Origin: an uncultured Planctomycetota bacterium
Lineage (GTDB): Bacteria; Planctomycetota; Planctomycetia; Isosphaerales; Isosphaeraceae
Reading direction: 5' to 3'
Length of the DNA: 64,000 nt
Assembly: GCA_963845755.1 (NCBI GenBank)
Contig: CAWJTV010000012.1
Span: 64,001-128,000 of the forward strand
Below the pieces are notes generated by a model. It searched no databases. It was not told the DNA's origin and saw nothing but the letters and a program-made list of their open reading frames with translations. The position numbers and the translations under genes were made by a program. Positions 10,804 through 21,075 of this stretch are shown piece by piece (positions within the stretch are counted from its first letter, which is position 1; each line of letters starts with the position of its first letter).

Positions 10804-10950
10804 GGCCTAACCCGCCCCGCTTACGGGTTCAAAGCTCGTAGCTGAATTTGATTGAACATCCATTTGTGTCTTCATGGCGGGATCGCGTGCGAGTTCAGGT
10901 GAGACGGAACGGGACTCGACACCGCGTAGGTCCCGATGAACTGAGGTTCA

Positions 10951-11954
10951 ATGAGCCGTGCTGCAATCCGCGAAGGGGGCGTTTTGGCCGGTCTTCCCGT
11001 CAACCCCCACGAACGAATCGGGATGCTCAAACCCTTGGATACCGCGCCGGATCCGCCCGGTGTCGCCTCGGTCGAGTTGAAGATTCCAGGATACGAGGTT
11101 CTGGGTCGCATTCATGACGGGGTCATGGGCACGGTGTTCAAGGCCCGGCAGATCAGCGTTGATCGGATCGTCGCCATCAAGGTCCTGGGGGCGACCCGGG
11201 CACGCGATGCCGACCTCGTTGAGCGTTTCCGCCGCGAGTCGTTGATCGCCGCACAACTGTTACACCCTAACATCTTCGCCACGATCGACGCCGGGATGGC
11301 GAGCGGCCGGCCCTACCTGGTCATGGAATACGTCCGGGGATTGACGCTCCACGAGCTCCTTAATGTGCGGGAGACCTACGACGAAAGAACAGCGCTGCGG
11401 ATCGTACTGGACGTTGCGGGAGCACTTCGCTTCTTGCACCAGCATGGGCTAATCCACCGAGATATCAAGCCCGCAAACATCATCCTTACGCCGGAGGGCG
11501 TGGTGAAGCTGGTCAACCTGGGTTTGGCTCGACCTCTCGGAGATGAGACGTGGGCGGTGGCGGAGGCAGGGATGGCGGTGGGCACGCCAGAATACATGAG
11601 CCCAGAGCAGACGAGGGGGCAGAGCGACCTGGACATTCGAAGCGATCTTTACAGTCTTGGTGCCACGTTGTTCCACCTCGTCACGGGACGCGTCCCCTAT
11701 GGCGGCAAGACCGTCGCCGAGGCCATGCACCGACACGCGAGCCGCACGGATCCCTCTTCCCGCGCCGGAGTCGCTCAACGACGCGCTCACCAGCGGCCTC
11801 GGCGCCATCGTGCGGAAGTTGATGGCCTGGAGCCGAGAGGACCGCTACCGTAGTCCAGACGACCTCATCTTCGACCTCGCGAGGATGCTCCGAGGCGCTC
11901 GTCCGCTGATCGCCGAGTTCGCGCCGAAGCGCTCGCTCCGCTCGCCGTTGGTGA
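10951..11954 (+). CDS. Hanks-type Ser/Thr kinase domain protein with degenerate motifs; frameshift near 11755, end approximate
   Basis: VAIK, HRDIKPAN, GTPEYMSPEQ, SDLYSLG; DFG position reads NLG; C-lobe continues in another frame (EDRYRSPDDLIFDL). Confidence 0.8.
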
Positions 11955-12149
11955 GGCCGCGGGCGCACGCCCGCCCGACGTGGCCGTGCCTCGGCCGCGC
12001 TGCGGAGCCGACGCCCGTTCCCGACCGGCGACGCCACCGGCGGTCTGCCCGTCTGGGTTTCCCTTCTTTTGTTCTCGGGCATGACCCTCTCGCTCTTGAT
12101 GACCGCCGCCGTCCTGATCGTGGTGTCCGGTTAATCGGTCCGCCCGCGT

Positions 12150-13206
12150 CTACCGCGACGCACCTTTACGCCACTCCTCGAGCCAGTCTTTCCCCTGTTC
12201 CTTCGTCAACGTCGAGAACAGGGCGTCGATGTCCGAGCACTTCGGCATGCCTCTTTGTTCGCACGCGAGCCCCCGGCGCACCAGGCCCGCGGATTCGCCG
12301 GTCCAGTCCCCCGTGGTCAGCGCGTTCGCCAGCGCGGCGAAATACCAGAGCCGCGCATCATTCGGGTAGTTCTGGACGAGAGTGAGAAAAACCTCGCCGC
12401 ACCGCTGAGTACTTCCCATCACGAAACAGACCGGCGCCGAGGTCCATGGCGAAGTAGGCCGGGCTGACCTGATCGGGCGCAGAGCGCGACACCACCGCTT
12501 CCTTCAGGGCATTCAACGATGCATCGAGCTGCTTTGGTACGGCGGCAACCTCCGTGCGAAGGCCGTTCAGGCCCTTGTCCAGCGCATCGACGCGCTGGCG
12601 GAGCGACTCGAATGTCGCCGGTAGCGGGGAGAGTCTTTGGCTCTCTTTGACGAGGTCGTCGATTCTCGTCCGCAGCGGTGCGAGGTCGGGCGGCGCGGGC
12701 GGCGTGGGCGGCGTGTTGGTCCTGGCGTTCAGACGGTGTTCGAGCCGGGCGAGCTCGCGACCGAGCGTGCCGAGCTCCAACTGCGCTTCGCCGATGCGCG
12801 ACGTCAAAGCGTCCACCGCGCTCTTCGAGGCCTTGGCGTCGATCGCACGCACGACTTCGCTCAGGTGTGAGTCCGTTGCCGCCGTGGCGGGGGGTTCCAT
12901 GCGTGCGGCGCCCTTCCGCGCGGCGGCCCATCCCGCGAGTCCTCCTCCCAGGAAGAACCCGATGTTGCCGGCGATGACCACGAGTACGACCGGCAACAAT
13001 GCTCGCCGCTCGATCACGACGCGAGGCGAAGCAAGGGCTCCGGCGAAGCGCGGGGGTAACGACGCATCGCGAGCCGGAAGCGACTGAGCGCGTCCATCCG
13101 ACACGGGGGATTCGGCGACCTCAAAGAAGTCGGGCGGTAGTCCGCCCGTCGAGGAGAGCGTCTCATCCGTCTCGAGCGGGTTGCGGTTACTCGGGTTTTC
13201 TGCCAT
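12150..13206 (-). CDS. membrane-anchored coiled-coil protein with C-terminal TPR-like helices; frameshift near 12400
   Basis: One TM (LLPVVLVVIAGNIGFFLGG), heptad-rich middle, DARLWYFAALANAL in the second frame. Confidence 0.7.
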
Positions 13207-13348
13207 TCACCGTCCGCCTTTCGAGAGTTGCCCCGGCATCCGATCGTCGCGAGGAAGACCATTCGCATCGTCAACCGGCCGCGCAACGCGTTCCTCAGCG
13301 CCCGGCCGCCCAATGGCGACTTGGCTGCAAAAGACGTTCCAACCAAAG

Positions 13349-13447
13349 CGAACCCCGGGTTTCACCCGGGGCTGGGCGCCTGGCGGCCCTTCAGGCCGCC
13401 GGACATCGGCGGTCCTCGTGTGCGCAAGCCAACTGTGGCGCGCTCTA
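13349..13447. repeat. REP-like palindromes followed by a solo TIR matching the 19147-19334 MITE end
   Basis: ccccgggtttcacccgggg and ggcggcccttcaggccgcc hairpins, then GTGTGCGCAAGCCAACTGTGGCGCGCTCTAG. Confidence 0.6.
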
Positions 13448-13739
13448 GAGCACATGCGAAACGGCGTCGCGCGCAGGAGGGAACGAACGCGCGCCTCGCC
13501 GCGGCGCGCGCGGGGGGATGAGCTTCTCGCAGCGCGGAACAGTGCTTTCGATTCAATTAGTCATAATGTGAACAATTTACGAGATTGCCTGCGAAAAATC
13601 CACCTGTTATAGGTCCAAAGTCCTTGTCAGAAACTACTTGCGCCTAAGCTAGTGCCATTCGTGTCGTCGGGCCGACGCGGGCGAGTTCGTGGGGCAGTCT
13701 GAGCAGAGCAGAGATTCGCTCTGAGAGTCTGTCCCAGAA

Positions 13740-13818
13740 GGGCAAGCGGGGGGCGTCAGCCCCCTGTCCGGTGAGCGACGGCCTTCCAAGACAGGGGGCT
13801 GACGCCCCCCGCTCGCCC
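13740..13818. repeat. REP-like inverted doublet
   Basis: gggcaagcggggggcgtcagccccctgtc ... gacagggggctgacgccccccgctcgccc. Confidence 0.85.
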
Positions 13819-13902
13819 GGAGACGGTCACTGGATCACTCACTCGTCCGTGGAAATCAAGCAGCCACGTTGCGTCTCTCATGTTGCCCGCTACAATCACA
13901 TC

Positions 13903-14637
13903 ATGGACGCGTCCACGCCGAAGCCGGGCTTCCCGACCACACGCTGGAGCCAGATCGCGCAAGCTGTCAACGGCGACGATCCGGTGGCCCGGGCGGCGCT
14001 TGAGGACTTGTGCAAGATCTACTGGTATCCGATCTATGCCTTCATCCGACGCAAGGGTCATGATGCGGAGCAGGCCCGCGACCTGACGCAGGACTATTTC
14101 GCCCGGCTGCTAGAGAAGCGCACCGTCGCGGCCGCCGACCGGAGCAAGGGCCGCTTCCGTAGCTTCCTCCTGCGGGACTGTTCCTTCTTCCTGGCCAACC
14201 GCAGGGATCGCGATCGGGCGGTCAAGCGTGGAGCGGGACGGCCCGTCCTGTCGTTCGACGCCTGCGAGGCCGAGAGCCGCTTTCTCACGGAACCCTGGCA
14301 CGACCTGACCCCCGAGCGCCTCTTCGATCGGGCCTGGGCCCTGACCCTGCTTTCCCGGGCCTTCGACCGACTGACCGCCGACTATGCCACGTCCGACCGC
14401 GGCGCACTGTTCGATCGGCTCCAGGGGGTTCTCACCGCCGGTTCCGATGCTGTCGCTTACGCCGAGATCGCGGCTCAGCTCGGGATGACCGAGCAGGCCG
14501 TCCAGCAAGCCGCCAGCCGATTGCGCAAGCGTTATCGCAAGGCACTCCGCGACGAGATCGCCGCGACCCTCGACGACCCGCAAGAGGCCGACATCACCTC
14601 CGAGATCCGGGATCTCCATGGCGCCCTGACCGGCTGA
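13903..14637 (+). CDS. ECF RNA polymerase sigma factor (kinase-associated type)
   Basis: FPTTRWS start, YWYPIYAFIRR, ARDLTQDYF, KGRFRSFL, C-terminal HTH YAEIAAQLGMT; directly upstream of a kinase. Confidence 0.9.
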   Translation: MDASTPKPGFPTTRWSQIAQAVNGDDPVARAALEDLCKIYWYPIYAFIRRKGHDAEQARDLTQDYFARLLEKRTVAAADRSKGRFRSFLLRDCSFFLANRRDRDRAVKRGAGRPVLSFDACEAESRFLTEPWHDLTPERLFDRAWALTLLSRAFDRLTADYATSDRGALFDRLQGVLTAGSDAVAYAEIAAQLGMTEQAVQQAASRLRKRYRKALRDEIAATLDDPQEADITSEIRDLHGALTG

Positions 14638-14742
14638 CGGTCTCAAGAAACGCGCGATGGGGCTGTCAGTTATCACGGCGGATTCTTTAGAAGAAGGTGG
14701 GAGGGGAGACAACCCGCTGGGACCTTGCCCGGAGAATCCGCG

Positions 14743-17700
14743 ATGGCTCAACCGCGATCCTGTCCGGTCTGCAATGCCCTGATACCCCAGGGCTCGCCAC
14801 GTAACCTCTGCCCTCAATGCCTCTTGCGCGGCGTGCTGGAGGACGATTCGGGGGACCGCCGGGGGAACGGGGACGACGGCGCATCCGTGACCCGGGCCAG
14901 CGTTCTGGACTCAATCGCCGCCACGATCGGTTCCGTTCCTCGTGTTCTGTTGCGCAACACGGGGCCCGGCGAGCCGCCCAGCCCGATCGTCCGGCCCCAG
15001 GATCCCGAGGACGCCGATGCCACGATCCGCTATCGCATCGACGGCGAGATCGCCCGCGGCGGCATGGGTGCCGTGCTCAAGGGGCGTGACCCCGATCTGG
15101 GTCGCGATGTGGCGTTGAAGGTCTTGCGCGAGGACCACCGCGACAACCCCGACCTGATCCGCCGGTTCATCGAGGAGGCACAGATCGGCGGCCAGCTCCA
15201 GCATCCCGGCGTCGTGCCGATCTACGAGCTGGGCACCTTCTCAGACCGCCGGCCGTTCTTCTCGATGAAGCTGGTCAAGGGCCACACCCTGGCGGAACTG
15301 CTCGAGGACCGAGCCGGTCCGGCCGACGACCTGCCGCGGTTGCTCTCGATCTATGAGGCTATTTGCCAGACGGTCGCCTACGCGCACGCCCGGGGCGTGA
15401 TCCACCGGGATCTGAAGCCCTCGAACGTGATGGTCGGCAGCTTCGGTGAGGTGCAGGTGATGGACTGGGGGCTGGCCAAGGTGCTGCCCCGCGGCGGGGT
15501 GGTGGATGACGCGCGGGCGGGCACGAGCGGGCGTCAGGAGACGGTCATCGCCACGGCGCGGAGCGGCTCGGACGAGCCGGGGCTGTCGCACGCCGGCTCG
15601 GTGATGGGCACGCCGAGCTACATGGCGCCGGAGCAGGCCCGAGGCGAGATCGACCAGGTCGACGAGCGGGCCGACGTCTTCGCGCTGGGCTCGATCCTCT
15701 GCGAAGTCCTCACCGGCGTGCCGGCATTCCGGGGCCGGTCGGTCGGCGAGATCCAGCGCAACGCGGCGGTGGGCGACACGGCCGACGCCCTGGCCCGGCT
15801 GGACCGATGCGGCGTCGATGCCGAACTGATCGCGATCGCCAAGGATTGTCTGGCACGGGAGCGCGAAGACCGGCCGCGTTCGGCCGGCGGCGTTTCCGAA
15901 CGCGTGCGGGCTTACCTCGCCTCGGTTCAGGAGAAGCTGAAGGTGGCGGATCGCGATCGCGCGGTGGCCGAGGCCCGGGTGGTGGAAGAGCGGAAACAGC
16001 GGCGGCTCCAGGTCGGCCTGGCCGCGGCGGTGATGGCCCTGATGGCGCTGGGAGGAGGAGGTTACCTCTGGAATCAAGGGCAGAAGGCCGAGCGGATGGC
16101 GAAGACGGCCCGCGGCGTCAACGACGCCCTGGCCGACGCGTCGCGGCTGCAAGGCGAGGCCCAGGCCGCCCCACCGGGCGATCTCACGAAATGGGACCTG
16201 GCCCTCTCGGCGGCCACGCGCGCCCGCGACCTACTGGCGCAGGGCGAGGCGGACGCGTCCCTCCAGGAGCGGGTGAACGGCTTCCTGGACCAGCTCGAAA
16301 AGGAGCAGTCCGCTGCCGCCGACAAGGCGGCTCGCGTGAAAGCCGATCGTGCCCTGCTCGCCCAGCTCGAATTGATCCGCGGCACCCCCGAGCCAACGGG
16401 TTCAACGGAATCAGATCGGGACAGACCGACGCCGAGTACGCCGCGGCGTTCCAGAAGGCCGGGCTCGACCTCGAGAAGACGGAGCCTGCCCTCGCAGGTC
16501 AGTGGCTGGCGGCGCGAACCGACCCAATCGAGCTGGCCAGCTTCCTCGACGACTGGTCTGACACCCGCAGGGAGACGGGGCGACCGGCGGCCGAATGGCG
16601 TCGGCTCGTGGCGGCCGCCCGGGCCGCCGACCCCGATCCCTGGCGCGATGCCCTCCGCGCGGGTCGGTGACGACGACGCCGTCGCCGTCGCCGAGTTTCG
16701 CCGTCTCGCCGATCAGGAAAAGGCCCTCGATGGTCAGCCGGCGGCGAGCCTGGTGTTGCTCGCCCGCCAGCTCAGATGGGTGGGCAGTGATACGGAGCGA
16801 GCGGCACGTGTTCTGCGGCGGGCCGTTCTCCGCCATCCCGGCGACTACTGGGCGCATAGCGAACTCGGCTCCGTCTTCTACTTCTACCACCAGGTGCGAG
16901 CCCGACCTTCGTCCGAGGACGAGGAGATGCTCCGGCACAGGGCCGCCGCGGTGGCCCTCCGCCCGACCAGTCCGGTGGCTCATCGCAATTTCGGCGAGCT
17001 GCTCCAGCACGTGGGGAGACGGGACCAGGCCATCGCCGAATTCGGCGAGGCCGTCCGACTCAAGCCCGACTGGGCCGAGGCCCGCTGGGTGCTCGGCAGC
17101 GCGCTTGCGGCTCAAGGCGAGGATGACCTCGCCATCGCCGAATTCCGCACCGCCATCCGGTTGGACCCCGACCAGACCATTGGACTTAAAGGCCTCGTCG
17201 GCGTTATTCGGAAGCAAGGGAAGGAAAACGACGCCGTCGTCGAATTCCACGAGGCCGTCCGACTTCGGCCCGATGACGTGAACGCGCATCGCAACCTCGC
17301 CCGCGTCCTGGAGGAACTCGGGAGGCGCGACGAGGCCATCGCTGCTTACCGCGACGCGATCCGGCGGAAGCCGGATAACCCCCAGACCCATAACGAGCTC
17401 GCCGACCTGCTGAGGAAAGCGGGGAAATTCGACGACGCTGTCGCCGAGTTTCGCGAAGCCATCAGGCTCAAGCCAGACTTCCCAGGCTCGTATATCGACC
17501 TCGGCGTTACCCTGAACAGACAGGGAAAAGTCGATGACGCCGTTGCCGCCTACCGCGAGTGCCTCCGGGTTGACCCAAGTAATTGGCTGGCCCGCTTGAA
17601 CCTCGGCGCCATGTTGAGCGAACAAGGGAAGCCGGACCTGGCCGTCCCCCTCTACCGCGAGGCGATCCGTCTCAGTCCTTATAGCCGCACGAATTTCCTC

Positions 17701-18939
17701 ATCCGCCGCAACCTAGGCGGTGCCTTGCGGGCCCAGGGAAAATTGGACGAGGCCGTCGCCGAATACCGCGAAGCGGCCCGATTCCTCGGCTAGCCTTTCA
17801 TAGGGAGGCTGCTCGTCGAGACGATCAGCATTCAAGGAAAGCTGCAACAGTATCTCGCCGAATTGCAGGAGGCGATCCGGCTGAAGCCCGACGACTTTTT
17901 TGCTCATTACAGCCTCGCCCTCGCGCTCCAGCGGGAAAACAAGCTGGAGCGGGCGGTCGCTGAATTCCGCGAGGCGATCCGGCTCGTTCCAGAGTTTGCG
18001 AGCGAGCCCGACCTCCGCATCGCTCTCATGGCTCTGGGCAAACTCGACGACGAGATCACCACGGTACGCAACCAGGTCGAACAGGCGCGCAAAAGCCACG
18101 GGCCGGCCCATGATCTCACGGCCGGTGCCCTCGCGCAGCTCGGCGGATTACTCGTGAGACACGGCAAATGGTCGGAGGCCGAACCCGTCCTCAGGGAGTG
18201 CCTGGCGATCCGCGAGAAGAAGCAGCCCGATGTGTGGACGACGTTCAACGCGCGCAGCATGCTTGGCGGCAGTCTGCTGGGACAAGGAAAGCACGCCGAG
18301 GCCGAACCTCTGATCCTATCGGGCTACGAGGGTTTGAAGGCCCGCGTCGGCAAGGACCCGGCCGGCTCCGAACAGCGCCTCGCCGCAGCCTCCGAGCGGG
18401 TGGTGGAGCTCTACGAATCCTGGGGTAAGAAGGACAAAGCGGCCGAATGGCGGGCCAGGCTTGTCCCGAAGACCTTTGCGGAGCGCATGGGCTTCGCCGA
18501 TCTGTTCTACGAGCGGAAGCAATACGCCGCCGCCGCCCGGCTCTGGGCCGAGGCCCTGGAGGCCGAGCCGAAGCGTGCCGAGAGCCGTCAGTCCCCGGAC
18601 CGGTACAACGCCGTGTGCTGCGCTGCCCTGGCCGCCTCCGGGCAAGGTCAGGACAAACCTCCCCCCGATGACGCCGAGCGGGCGAAGTTCCGGGGCCAGG
18701 CCCTCCAGTGGCTCAAGGCCGAGTTCGCCGCCTGGTCCCGGGTCCTCGACGCCGGCCCAGCCGAGATGAAGGCCAGGGTCGCGCCGACCCTCGCGCACTG
18801 GAAGGACGACGCCGACCTGGCCGGGATTCGCGATCCCGATCCGCTCTCGAAGCTTCCGGAGGCCGAACAGAAGGCGTGGCGGGCGCTCTGGGCCGAGGTC
18901 GAAGCTCTCTTGAAGAGGGCTCAGCGGTCGGCCCCGTAA
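14743..18939 (+). CDS. Ser/Thr kinase with N-terminal CxxC..CxxC, TM helix and TPR array; compensating frameshifts near 16385 and 16655, in-frame TAG at 17791-17793
   Basis: ARGGMG, VALK, HRDLKPSN, MDWG, GTPSYMAPEQ; TM after kinase; TPR repeats continue in frame past the TAG to TAA at 18939. Confidence 0.85.
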
Positions 18940-19146
18940 CCTGGTCTACAAGGTCGGGATCGCCGATAACGACGATATTTACCTCGCCATTGGGGAGGAG
19001 GACCATGAAGCGATCTATGCCGGCCTGGGCCCGTGAGGGTGCGCGAGGTGCCGGATCGCACAGATGGGTACGGGCGAGTCGATAGGGGCAGGTGGAAACC
19101 GGTAGTTAGCCCTGCTGCCGTCGGAGACAAATCGGGCCATTTCTTA

Positions 19147-19334
19147 GAGCGCTTCACAGTTGGGTTGCACACACGCGAATCCGGTTCCCAAAGAACCCCC
19201 CGGAACCCCCCCTTCGCAAGGGGGGGAGAATTGAGGAGGAGTGGCCCATTTCCTGTCCCCCCCTTGCGAAGGGGGGGTTCCGGGGGGTGTATTCGCATCG
19301 CTCTGGGCGTGCGCAACGCAATTGGTAAGCGCTC
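19147..19334. mobile_element. MITE with about 28-bp TIRs and TA duplication, enclosing a REP-like doublet
   Basis: TA|GAGCGCTTCACAGTTGGGTTGCACAC ... GTGCGCAACGCAATTGGTAAGCGCTC|TA; internal accccccggaacccccccttcgcaaggggggga plus inverted copy. Confidence 0.82.
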
Positions 19335-19380
19335 TAGACCATCGAACTGACTCTCGACTCGAAACAGCGGCCCACATCGA

Positions 19381-19692
19381 TCAGGGGATACGCGTGTTGG
19401 AGAGGCTTATGAAAAACCAGATCATGACCGCGACTGCTAGAGTCAATGAGCCGACAGAGATCACCATCCCGATCTTCCCGGCGGTCGCTCGCCTGGCTGC
19501 GATCCCGAACCCCAGCCCGAGGAGTTCCATGACGATCGCGGCGAGCAATCCCAAGAAAACATACACAATGCCTTCGAAGCCGCCCGTGGGAAGGAACATG
19601 AGTGCAAGAACGATGAAAGTGACAGGCAAGACAATGCCGAGGATCGATATCCAGAGGCTGGCCCTTCCTCGCTGACTTCTTTCATTGTCCAT
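19381..19692 (-). CDS. small 3-TM membrane protein
   Basis: Three hydrophobic segments, ATG at 19692. Confidence 0.65.
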   Translation of the reverse strand: MDNERSQRGRASLWISILGIVLPVTFIVLALMFLPTGGFEGIVYVFLGLLAAIVMELLGLGFGIAARRATAGKIGMVISVGSLTLAVAVMIWFFISLSNTRIP

Positions 19693-19766
19693 CGCTTGCG
19701 TCACCAACCAGTCCGGAGAATAACGCGCCTCGGGCCGGAGTTTCCCCCGGCCCTGGCGCTTGAGTT

Positions 19767-20087
19767 TCATGTCGATTGCCACTGGCTCTCGACTTCCTTA
19801 TGGTCCTTGCTGAGGTGAACATGGTCGTGGACTTTCGCCACCCAGGCCAGCGGGATCAGGTGATGCTGGCCGTCGGGGCTGTCGCTCTTCGTGAGCTTGA
19901 TCCGATCGCCTTGGACCCGGTCCACCTTGCCGACGAAATTGCCGCAGGAGGCATAGACCTCCATGTGCTCCCGGATGTCGGAGGGCGAACCGACCGGGCC
20001 TTTGCTCTCCGAGAGCGGAACGTGGGGCTCGTGCCCCATGTGCGTCGCATGGTGGCCGCCCTGGGCGGTATTTGAATTTGAAGACAT
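19767..20087 (-). CDS. DUF2171 family protein
   Basis: IREHMEVYASCGNFVGKVDRVQGDRIKLTKSDSPDGQHHLIPLAWV; GGAG RBS. Confidence 0.85.
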   Translation of the reverse strand: MSSNSNTAQGGHHATHMGHEPHVPLSESKGPVGSPSDIREHMEVYASCGNFVGKVDRVQGDRIKLTKSDSPDGQHHLIPLAWVAKVHDHVHLSKDHKEVESQWQST

Positions 20088-20138
20088 GGCAGTTCTCCTC
20101 TGGGATATTCGAATCAAGAACCCGCTGAGTACGATTCG

Positions 20139-20153
20139 GCAAACTGCATGCCG
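20139..20153 (-). promoter_or_regulatory. putative sigma54 promoter of the DUF2171 gene
   Basis: Minus strand CGGCATGCAGTTTGC (GG-N10-GC), 52 nt before the ATG. Confidence 0.55.
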
Positions 20154-20182
20154 GTCAGTCACCGCAGAGGAGAACTTCGCGT

Positions 20183-20410
20183 TCATTCGGCCGCGAGACG
20201 GATCGACGTTTGGAGACGCTCGGCGTCGGTCAAGAGCGAAAATCCCAGATCGCCGTAGGCATGGGCGGTGAGGATGGGTTGCCCGTCACGAATCGGACGG
20301 GGTTCCGTCGCATGCCGCTTGATAGCCTGGACCATCGCGGGCCTGGGGATTGCAGCGAGGAAATCGGGAGTCGCAACGATGGCACCGAGACGAAAGCGTG
20401 CGGGTTGCAT
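20183..20410 (-). CDS. small hypothetical protein resembling a plasmid/ICE-associated family (FxLGxIVATP...RH...TDADRxxT)
   Basis: RFRLGAIVATPD, KRH, LLTDAERLQTSIRL; GGAG RBS. Confidence 0.5.
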   Translation of the reverse strand: MQPARFRLGAIVATPDFLAAIPRPAMVQAIKRHATEPRPIRDGQPILTAHAYGDLGFSLLTDAERLQTSIRLAAE

Positions 20411-20714
20411 GGGCGTTTCTCCGTATGAGCCCGGTTCGACAAAGGAGGAATGAATTCGGCAGGGAATTCGTTCGGCCGGCGGTTTTATTCGGCCGCTTCC
20501 TCGTCAAAGCAAGCGCCGTGCCGACACTCCGGGAAAAACAGGACAGGAAGCGGGCCATTCTTCCCGGCCGGTTCACGGATCGACTCCACCCGACGGTACG
20601 GTTGGCGGAGCGAGCCGAGAAACCCACTCGGCCGCGCGAACGCGTCGGCCGGGAACTCTGGATCTCCCCCTTCGAACTCGGTGACCCTGGAGGTTGTCGA
20701 CAACCCGATTCTCT

Positions 20715-20782
20715 GAGGTGGTTTCAAAAGGTGGACAGGCACCTCGAAGAGTCGGAGGCAGTCCCCGTTTTGAAACAGCTTG
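20715..20782. mobile_element. mini-MITE/REP with IS5-like GTTTCAAAA termini
   Basis: GAGGTGGTTTCAAAA ... TTTTGAAACAGCTT flanking GGACAGGCACC...GGAGGCAGTCCC. Confidence 0.5.
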
Positions 20783-21075
20783 TCTGGGGTATCGTGGCGG
20801 AGTGCTCCGGTCTGATCGACGCGGAAGTGCCCCCAATCGCCTGGAGTGGGCCGCCTCAATCGGACTCACCTGTTGCCTGGTGCCGAATCTCGCAGTGTGG
20901 GAGCGCGGCCCGAAGTCGTCGCACACCGTCCACGGTGATCCGGGTTTCTCGGACATCCAGCAACTCCAATTGCGGGAACTCCTCGAGTATCGGAACGACG
21001 TTGTCTCCGATCTCGGTCCGGCGAAACGTCACTCGGCTCACGGAATCCGCGCCTCGGCCGGTCATCGAGTCATTA

